Shown: positions 10,838 to 19,872 of the stretch, in pieces | Layout of the letters: every line of letters begins with the position of its first letter | How positions within the stretch are numbered: position 1 is the stretch's first letter | NCBI GenBank assembly: GCA_963665295.1 | Contig: OY762209.1 | Coordinates: forward strand, 2,432,001-2,496,000 | DNA from: Syntrophorhabdaceae bacterium | GTDB lineage: Bacteria > Desulfobacterota > Syntrophorhabdia > Syntrophorhabdales > Syntrophorhabdaceae | DNA length: 64,000 nt | Direction of reading: 5' to 3' | Translations under genes and position numbers: made by a program | Notes under the pieces: model-generated | What the model was told of the DNA's origin: nothing | What the model saw: only the letters and a program-made list of their open reading frames with translations | Database searches by the model: none

Positions 10838-11290
10838 ATGGAGTCTCACATAGCCGTTTTCAAAAGCAAGGAAATAGAAAGGACGATTCATAGGAACGAG
10901 TGGTGGATTGCTGTCCGGGAAGAGCTTACCGATGAGTGGAAGAAACGAGATGTGCGCCTGGAACAGGAGTACACAATTCTCACGGCGGAGATTGCAGGAG
11001 CGGCTTTAGGGGTTACTCCCGATGAGCATAGGGAGTTGAAGGGCCGGAAACGTCGGAACCTACGTGACCACGTGACCGATCTCGAACTGATCTTCTCCAT
11101 ATTAGGAGAACCAGCCACGACCAAGATAACAGGGATTGAAGATGCAAAGGGACTCTAAGGAAACGAACAGGCTGCTCGTAAAGGTGGAGAACCGGCAGGT
11201 GCGGCAAGAAGAGACCTCGAAGAAGAGACGGGCAAACCTGGTGTGGCGCCTGAGAATTACCTTCAGGGCCACAAGGATCGAAGAAGATAA
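10838..11290 (+). pseudogene. Decayed Bro-N/phage antirepressor-like gene
   Basis: IAVFKSKEIERTIHRNEWW joins directly to ELTDEWK...NLRDHVTDLELIFSILGE (middle missing); the C-terminal KGG..AGAARRDLEEETGK lies in another frame. Confidence 0.6.
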
Positions 11291-11305
11291 AAGGGAAGTG
11301 ATGCC

Positions 11306-12518
<1,213 letters not shown>

Positions 12519-12580
12519 AATTTGTTGGTAGAAGTTTGCTCTTTGACAATTGACCTTTATTTCCAGCGGTTGCAAGAAAT
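12519..12580 (+). promoter_or_regulatory. CRISPR leader
   Basis: AT-richer stretch between cas2 and repeat 1, with a GTTGGTAG motif and an IHF-like TTTCCAGCGGTTG near the first repeat. Confidence 0.7.
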
Positions 12581-14075
12581 ATGTTCCCCGCATACGCGGG
12601 GATGAACCGTACAGGTCACTTTCCAATAAGGGACCGCAGGGATGTTCCCCGCATACGCGGGGATGAACCGCCACCCGGCCCACCCGGCCACAGGGACCGA
12701 GGATGTTCCCCGCATACGCGGGGATGAACCGGTTGAGCACCAGGCCACATTATATAAGCTGACATGTTCCCCGCATACGCGGGGATGAACCGACAATCCG
12801 GGCGATTTACGCGCGCGTGGGCGGATGTTCCCCGCATACGCGGGGATGAACCGGTAGAAATCGGCATAGGGGCAGGGGTGACGACATGTTCCCCGCATAC
12901 GCGGGGATGAACCGGCTCCTGCCATTCGGGGCAAAAGCAATTCCGGATGTTCCCCGCATACGCGGGGATGAACCGTTTCATTTGAATTTGAGATAGATCA
13001 GGTCCCGATGTTCCCCGCATACGCGGGGATGAACCGGCATTCGGCTCCATGTCGGACGCCCTTTCTGAATGTTCCCCGCACACGCGGGGATGAACCGCCA
13101 AGGAAAACGGTCTTGTGGTGGTCTTTGGAATGTTCCCCGCACACGCGGGGATGAACCGGCAGCGTGCTGGGCCTGCATTTTGTTGAAGGAATGTTCCCCG
13201 CACACAAGGGGATGAACCGATGTGCTACAAGTAAGGGCATGGGGAAAGAGAATGTTCCCCGCACACGCGGGGATGAACCGTGAGCATACCCATTTATCAG
13301 GCACTCAATGAGATGTTCCCCGCACACGCGGGGATGAACCGGCGAGGGCGTAGGGCCATACTTTACGGGCAACATGTTCCCCGCACACGCGGGGATGAAC
13401 CGGGCCGGGAAATATTTATCAGCCTGCGGGACGTATGTTCCCCGCACACGCGGGGATGAACCGCCTCGACACCGCCTTTGACGGCACCAGTTCCACATGT
13501 TCCCCGCACACGCGGGGATGAACCGCCATCTTCGGGGTGGTCTTCTTCTCATGGCTCATGTTCCCCGCACACGCGGGGATGAACCGGCCATGGAAGGCGT
13601 GGGCTACGAACCGGGCATCATGTTCCCCGCACACGCGGGGATGAACCGATACTGGGGATTGTATGACGATGGACGTTCAGATGTTCCCTGCACACGCGGG
13701 GATGAACCGGTGTGGGCCGCGAAAATGGCGTGGGAATGCCGATGTTCCCCGCACACGCGGGGATGAACCGTTAAACACGGCGTACCCTATCTACGTTACA
13801 GAATGTTCCCCGCACACGCGGGGATGAACCGCGGCAGTAGTTGTAGGCGACCTGTGCTTTGTAATGTTCCCCGCACGCGCGGGGATGAACCGGACCCGTC
13901 AATTCCCAATGCTTACTACGTTCAATGTTCCCCGCACACGCGGGGATGAACCGTCACCAGGAATAAAACGGGTCGGGGCGGTTTCACGTTCCCCGCACAC
14001 GCGGGGATGAACCGATGTACGCCGGTCTCGACAGCGAGATCATCAAATGTTCCCCACACACGCGGGGATGAACCG
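12581..14075 (+). CRISPR. Type I-E CRISPR array, 25 repeats (29 bp ATGTTCCCCGCAYACGCGGGGATGAACCG), 24 spacers (32-33 bp)
   Basis: Counted repeats at 61-62 bp period from 12581 to 14047; variant repeats 11, 19, 22, 24, 25. Confidence 0.98.
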
Positions 14076-14569
14076 AGGTCCGCTCTGTTGAGGAGGGAAA
14101 GGGCATCCCTGATGCTGTTGCTGGATATGACGCGGTGTGGTGGGACACCGAAGACCCGCCCTCGTGTATGTGTCGGCAGGGCCGGAACGGACATCGAGAT
14201 TGTCGTTAGGGTAAGCTATAAAGTGAAAGGGCAGCAGGACCCTGTCAAGCTCTATACGACCGCGGGAAAGGTCCAGCGACAAGCCCTCGCAACTAAAAGA
14301 TATTAGCTTATAGGGGGAAAATCGTGATGGGGCTGGAGGGGCGCCACATCCCTCATAGGGCGGTTGGCTCTGACTTTGTCAAGGCCTCGTGTCCAACTGG
14401 CCACGGCGACTTTCCAGTTGTCAGCCTCATCACTGGAAATTATACCACAGCGAAAGGATGTGTCAAATGACCCTCCGGATAAGGGCTGAGATCAAGGACG
14501 AGGAGCTAAGAGATTTCCTCCGAAACCCGGAGGAAAGGGCCGCGAACCCTGCCCCGGCAATGAAAGAGG
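14076..14569 (+). pseudogene. Decayed Mu-like phage head-morphogenesis fragments (MuF C-terminus, then gpG-like N-terminus)
   Basis: Frameshifted reading AVWWDTEDP/ALVYV/IEIVVRVSYKVKG...TTAGKV, then MTLRIRAEIKDEELRDFLRNPEERAANPAPAMKE cut off by a repeat; family call by motif recall only. Confidence 0.5.
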
Positions 14570-14598
14570 ATGTTCCACGAGCACGCGGGAATGAACCG
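14570..14598 (+). repeat. Orphan degenerate CRISPR repeat
   Basis: ATGTTCCACGAGCACGCGGGAATGAACCG, 25/29 identical to the array repeat with an intact 3' handle. Confidence 0.85.
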
Positions 14599-15127
14599 CG
14601 ACTGGGCAACCGAGAAGTTGTAATCCTTGACCGCGCAACTCCTCCCCGTTGCCTTTTCCGAAAACTGTTCCATATTTCCGGGTCGGTGTCCCCTTATCCT
14701 TTTCGGAATGCCGGGCTGCGAAAAGGATCACAGAAGAGACACAAAGCAGGGCATCCCGGAGGTGACGCTCCTGACTGTAGACTATTTCATCTGGGACGAA
14801 TTACAGGTGGAGGACAACCTCAGGGAGATCTTCGCGAAAGGGAAAGAGGAAAAGAAGGCAGTGCCTCCCATAGAGGCCGTAGACAAGGAGACGTCGGATT
14901 TCATCCACAATGAAGTCAGGGACAAACCGGCGGATATCGGTACACGGCTCGGGTTCGCCGGCCGGACGGAGCGCAAGGTAGCCGAGGGCGTCGGCTTCCC
15001 ACCCGTCTGGTTCCAGGGGATGCAGGAGATCAGGGTTCTTTTAACATCGATTATCTGCTAGACTTCTATCGAAGGTTTGGTGAATATACTGCCACTGCTA
15101 TTGCAGAATAAACGGGAGGGGCTTTTT

Positions 15128-17122
15128 ATGGATTGGGGGGCTGCGAAGAGGTATTTTTTCCTAAGGGACGGATTCAGAACAGTTGTCCTGGGGGTCTTTG
15201 TCTGTTCGATTCTTATTCTTACCTCCGTCACGGCCTTTTCCGGGTCGGACGGGGGTTTGTCGGCGAGCGGGCCGCGTCGGCTTGTCTTTAGAGCGGACCC
15301 GAACCTGTCGAGTTCGACCGTGGAGCCGCCTGCGGGATTTCTTGAGGAGCGGGCGAGGGGCCTCAGGTTGTCAAGGACCCAGTTTGCGATAACCTATGCC
15401 GCCAAAGGCGCCAAGCACAGCGAGTACGAATGCGGGGAATGGCCCGCGCAGGCCAAGGAAGCCCTTAATTACGCCACGGACATATGGGCATACTATCTCC
15501 GCTCCACGCCGAAGATAAATATCGAGACATGCTGGGTTGTGAGCGGTATGGATGCCGATACTCTCGGAACTGCGGATGAACCCGATTTCCGTCACGATTT
15601 TGCAGGAGCCAAAAAGCAGAAGACCTGGTATACCATTGCCCTTGCGAACAGCCTTCACGGGTCTGATCTCCAGCCCGGCCACACGGACATGTACCTTTCC
15701 TACAACAGCAAATTTGGATGGTACTTCGGCACGGACGGCCAGGTGCCCGACGGCAAATACGACTTCGTGTCCGTGGTCCTCCATGAGATCACCCACGGTC
15801 TCGGCATGTTCGGTACCGCGAGTGTCGACGGGAAGACGTTGAATGGAAGCTGGGGGAAAAAGGACGGCACAAACAATTATCCCGATGCATGGGACGGCTT
15901 TATCGAAAACGGGAACAAGCAAAGTCTCGTCGATACTCAGGTATTTGCCAACCCTTCCGAGGCGCTTGCGAAAGAGCTTACGGGACAAAACCTTTTCTTC
16001 AACGGTCCGGGCGCGACACAGGCGAACGGCGACAAAACCGTCAAGATATATGCGCCTGCAGAGTGGAAAGACGGTTCGAGCTATTCGCACCTCGATGAAC
16101 AGACCTTCAAGGACTCGGAAGATTCCCTCATGATTCCTGCCATCGAACCGAAGAAGTACAAGCACTCCGCGGGTCCGGTGATCCTCGGTATCCTCAGCGA
16201 TATGGGTTGGACGGCTACCGCGTATACCCTTAATGTAGTCATGGCAGGCAACAAGAAAGGGTCCGTCAAGGCGACGGGCCTTACATGCGGGAGCAATTCC
16301 ACGTGCAAAGGAGGCTATCAGAAGGGGGAGACGGTGGACATCACCGCCACCGCTACCTCGGGCTCCGTCTTTTACGGCTGGACCGGGTGCACTTCCGTGA
16401 GCGGTTCCGTCTGCCGTGTGACGATGAACGGGTCTATGACCGTCACCGCCACATTCGATTCCCGGCCTGCGGCCTCGGTAAGTCCCGGGTCCATCAACTT
16501 CGGAGCAACCGACATTGCGGGTCCCTTCACCTCCAGGAAGATCACCGTCACGAATAAGGGCACCGCGACCCTCAACATCACTTCCGTGGCCGTTTCCGGA
16601 GCCTTTGAGGCCCGGAGTAACGGCTGCACCAGCCTCGCGGGGAATGAGACCTGTACGGTGGAGGTCGCCCCCAAGCCGGAGAGTGCAGACTCCTATGGCA
16701 CAAAAACAGGGAAGGTCGTGATGACGTCAAATGACCCCCATTCACCGGATACGGTAAAACTGTCGGTGAACTTTTCACCTCCCAATATCTCGGCGCCTTC
16801 GACAGTAAACTTCGGCACCGAACCCATCGGCGATTCCGATACGAAGACGATTACCGTAAAGAATACGGGTGTATCCACCCTTACACTCACCAACATAAGC
16901 CTCAGGAATTCGAGTTCGGCCCTTACGCTGCATTCCAGCGGGTGCGCGGACCTTACGAAGAACGCGCACTGCAACATGTCGGTTGAATTCACCCCCGAAG
17001 ATACGACCCAGGTGACCGACTATATCGACATCACCTCGAATGATCCGGACTACAGCGGAAAAGTGAAGACTATTACCGTCACCGGCAGGGGAGTGGAGGC
17101 AAAGAGAAAGACAGGGAAGTGA
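15128..17122 (+). CDS. Secreted zinc metalloprotease with InlB-like repeat and Ig-like (choice-of-anchor D type) domains
   Basis: Signal/TM segment, HEITHGLG (HExxH), YAP.EWKDGSSYSHLD, FYGWTGC repeat, two NFG...ITVxNxG Ig modules. Confidence 0.75.
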   Translation: MDWGAAKRYFFLRDGFRTVVLGVFVCSILILTSVTAFSGSDGGLSASGPRRLVFRADPNLSSSTVEPPAGFLEERARGLRLSRTQFAITYAAKGAKHSEYECGEWPAQAKEALNYATDIWAYYLRSTPKINIETCWVVSGMDADTLGTADEPDFRHDFAGAKKQKTWYTIALANSLHGSDLQPGHTDMYLSYNSKFGWYFGTDGQVPDGKYDFVSVVLHEITHGLGMFGTASVDGKTLNGSWGKKDGTNNYPDAWDGFIENGNKQSLVDTQVFANPSEALAKELTGQNLFFNGPGATQANGDKTVKIYAPAEWKDGSSYSHLDEQTFKDSEDSLMIPAIEPKKYKHSAGPVILGILSDMGWTATAYTLNVVMAGNKKGSVKATGLTCGSNSTCKGGYQKGETVDITATATSGSVFYGWTGCTSVSGSVCRVTMNGSMTVTATFDSRPAASVSPGSINFGATDIAGPFTSRKITVTNKGTATLNITSVAVSGAFEARSNGCTSLAGNETCTVEVAPKPESADSYGTKTGKVVMTSNDPHSPDTVKLSVNFSPPNISAPSTVNFGTEPIGDSDTKTITVKNTGVSTLTLTNISLRNSSSALTLHSSGCADLTKNAHCNMSVEFTPEDTTQVTDYIDITSNDPDYSGKVKTITVTGRGVEAKRKTGK

Positions 17123-17214
17123 AGGTGACTGAATGCAGCAAGGAGGAAGGCCTCCCTTGAACCGACGTGAGCCGGTCTCACGAGAGGCCTTCCCTGAACA
17201 GAAAAAAACTGTCC

Positions 17215-18321
17215 TTATTTTTTGAAGACCAGCATCGTTGAAGTCTGGTTGATGTGCCCGAGGTAGGCTTCACCATAGGTGCTGAACCCTATTGTCGGTA
17301 TGTTGTCGAAGATCGCCCCATACGCTTTGCACCGGTCTTTCTGCGTAAGCTCAAGAGTTCTGAGGATGCAGTGGAAATTGATGATGCCTTCCACGTCTCC
17401 GAGGGCCTTCAACTTCTCTTCAACGGCCTGTTTTGTGTCATTCACAATATCGGTGGATTCCAGGACCTTCAGTTCCATTCCTTCCTTGATGTTGCAGTAG
17501 AAGACCATGCCGGATCCCTGCGTTTGCTGGGGGCTTCGCACATATGGTTCATCGCCGACCATAAGCCCCACAGGATTAGTCATGAAATAGTCCGCCGCCT
17601 CACCGGGTTTCGCGCCGAGGGCCAATTCGTAAGCTTCTGTCGCGGGCACGTTATTGAAGGATATTACCTTCCTGCTCGCCTCATCTACTTCTGTTGCAGT
17701 GAGTGTTTTATCGAGGACGCGAAAACTCTGCGTCTTGATCACGTCGAAGCCGTTGGGGACTTGAAGCAGGGCTACGACCGCCGCGTTTGAATAGGCTTTT
17801 CCGTCAGCAAAGACATGCGTTTTTTTAAACGCGAGGTCATCGCCTGCCGAACCGCCGATGAAAGTCACATCCGTGAGGTCTCCTATTTTATCCATAAGTT
17901 TTTCCTCGGCAGCCGTAAGCCCGTCCGCGAGGATGATGCCCACAAATCTTTCGATATCCAGGGAAGCCATGGGTGTCTTGTGGTGCTCTTCAAACTTTTG
18001 AAACGCAAGGGGGATACGGTTTTCCGTGATGATGTTTTCGACGACCTCGATTGCCGCGTCCGCGACTGTTTCGTTATCGAGGGCCATGGCCACAACCGAG
18101 TTCTTCAGCATCTGCCCCGATATAATCTCTCCGGCCGTGGAGCATCCGAAAACGGAGGCGCCTTGAAAAACAGCGTGCATGTCGCTGCTCAGCCTGTCGG
18201 GATCGTGCATTGAAGAGGCGAAGTAAAGGACCATGGTTGCCTCGAAATTGCCCAGTTGTCCTCTCAGGTCTTTTGCGACATGGTCGATACCTTTCGTGGA
18301 ATGAACTGTTTTGATTGACAT
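17215..18321 (-). CDS. FIST N/C domain signal-transduction protein
   Basis: GCSTAGEI, GGSAGD, CILR, GFSTYGE..HINQT. Confidence 0.88.
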   Translation of the reverse strand: MSIKTVHSTKGIDHVAKDLRGQLGNFEATMVLYFASSMHDPDRLSSDMHAVFQGASVFGCSTAGEIISGQMLKNSVVAMALDNETVADAAIEVVENIITENRIPLAFQKFEEHHKTPMASLDIERFVGIILADGLTAAEEKLMDKIGDLTDVTFIGGSAGDDLAFKKTHVFADGKAYSNAAVVALLQVPNGFDVIKTQSFRVLDKTLTATEVDEASRKVISFNNVPATEAYELALGAKPGEAADYFMTNPVGLMVGDEPYVRSPQQTQGSGMVFYCNIKEGMELKVLESTDIVNDTKQAVEEKLKALGDVEGIINFHCILRTLELTQKDRCKAYGAIFDNIPTIGFSTYGEAYLGHINQTSTMLVFKK

Positions 18322-18333
18322 AGGTCTACCTCC

Positions 18334-18534
18334 TTAGGTTCTCACGCCGAGTTCGACGGCGATTTGTTTTACTTTTGCGACCACAGCGGGGTCGTCCTGC
18401 GACGCCGACGTATAACTATCGACATTAATCCCCTTGAGGATGATCTTTGTCTTTGTCGTTGCTATGATTGCCGAATTACCTTTGGAACGTTCATCGATGA
18501 TCTTGTCCAAGAGCCTTTTGATTTCACCTGCCAT
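18334..18534 (-). CDS. Small hypothetical protein co-transcribed with the FIST gene
   Basis: GGAGG RBS, 66 aa, 12 bp gap to the FIST gene. Confidence 0.7.
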   Translation of the reverse strand: MAGEIKRLLDKIIDERSKGNSAIIATTKTKIILKGINVDSYTSASQDDPAVVAKVKQIAVELGVRT

Positions 18535-18905
18535 GCAATACCTCCCTTGTCCTGGATTGATTGGGTTTGTAGAGACTATGAAAAATGGACGAATTCAAAT
18601 TCCTGCTAGTCTTTCGGCACGATCCTGAAAAACTTAACCGGCCATTTGATCAAGGGTGCGAAGGTTTCCTTTTCGGCGAGGAGTTCGCAATTTGTCCGGA
18701 AGTTCCCACAAACGAGGGCGATAGTCGGCCGATCCTGGGCAGCTTTTTGGGTTTTTTTGACTACAACCACAAAAAGACCTTGACATTACTGTGACTTATG
18801 CTAATAATTGACGCAGACGACCGTTTCTACGGTATTCTTCACAACAGGCACGGCATACTTGCCTGATAATTATAGATACATTCCCTATACACCAAGGAGG
18901 TCGAA

Positions 18906-19247
18906 ATGACCAAGGCAGAAATCATCGCAAAGGTGGCAGAAGAGGCTAAAATTACCAAGGCAGTTGCAGGCACGGCGTTCGAGGCAGTCATTACATCAAT
19001 ACGGGAATCGCTCAAGAAGGGTGAGAAGACGACAATCGTAGGATTCGGGACGTTTTCTGTCGCAGAGAGAAAAGCAAGAACCGGAAGGAACCCCCGAACC
19101 GGAAAAGAAGTGAAGATCGCCGCAAAGAAAGCCCCCAAGTTCTCGGCGGGAGCGCCTCTAAAGGCGGCAGTCAATGAAGTTTTGAAACCGGCAAAAAAAG
19201 CAGCCAAGAAGGCTCCCGCAAAACCGGCGGCGAAGGCCAAGAAGTAG
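18906..19247 (+). CDS. hup: HU family DNA-binding protein with Lys/Ala-rich tail
   Basis: MTKAEII, GFGTF, GRNPRTG, PKFSAG; PAKK-type C-terminal extension. Confidence 0.93.
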   Translation: MTKAEIIAKVAEEAKITKAVAGTAFEAVITSIRESLKKGEKTTIVGFGTFSVAERKARTGRNPRTGKEVKIAAKKAPKFSAGAPLKAAVNEVLKPAKKAAKKAPAKPAAKAKK

Positions 19248-19872
19248 ATGACTATGGGCGGACCTCCGGGTCCGCCTTCTTTAACCTCATGGGAGGCGTG
19301 GAGGGAAGAAGTACCCTCATCGGAATGTCACTCCCGTGGTAATATCCCCCTTTCTATGAGAGCGAACACAGCCCGCCGCCGGTACCGGTTCTCGTCAGGC
19401 TGCCCCCGTTACGACAGGTTTCTGCCCGGAATATAGGATTATGAGTGATAATAAGGAGTTCCGTGGGCCTGTGTTGATTGATGGCCCCGGTGAACGCGTG
19501 GGCAGGTATTTTTCTTCTTGACAAACAGGCGTGGTTGGCAGTAAGTCATGATAGGGGAAGTGTCTCCCACACCACGTTACGTAATGCCCATCCCCGTAAG
19601 AACTCCGTTGTGTTGTGCTGTAACAAACCTTCAGAAAGAAGGGGGCTATGAAGGTGAGAAAGCTCATCCGTCACCATTACTTTCGTTTTTTCTACCATGT
19701 GCGACAGTTCAGGCGGGCAAGAAGCGGGTCAGCCCGGAATCGGATAAAAGATGACATTGATCATTTACTTTATCGGTGCCATGACGTAATACCCTGACAG
19801 AATACCTGGTATATGGCCGGCGCGGGGCTTCACAAATATCGCAGTTCAAACAATTAAGGGAGGGACACCAAT

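Noticed and set aside
12610..12641. Spacer 1 ends in a GPQG-coding sequence like the collagen fibre
   Set aside because: No match to this fibre beyond a short low-complexity stretch.
13098..13129. Spacer 9 resembles cas3 near 3618-3649 (AGGAAAACGGT core, about 21/32)
   Set aside because: First three seed positions mismatch and there is no AAG PAM; compatible with chance.
13403..13434. Spacer 14 shares GGCCGGGAAAT with the prophage minus strand near 56736
   Set aside because: Only 16/32 overall and the upstream triplet is TAC, not a PAM.
14627..15061. 144-aa ORF after the orphan repeat
   Set aside because: Looks like a gene fragment with no clear start; family cannot be assigned by eye.
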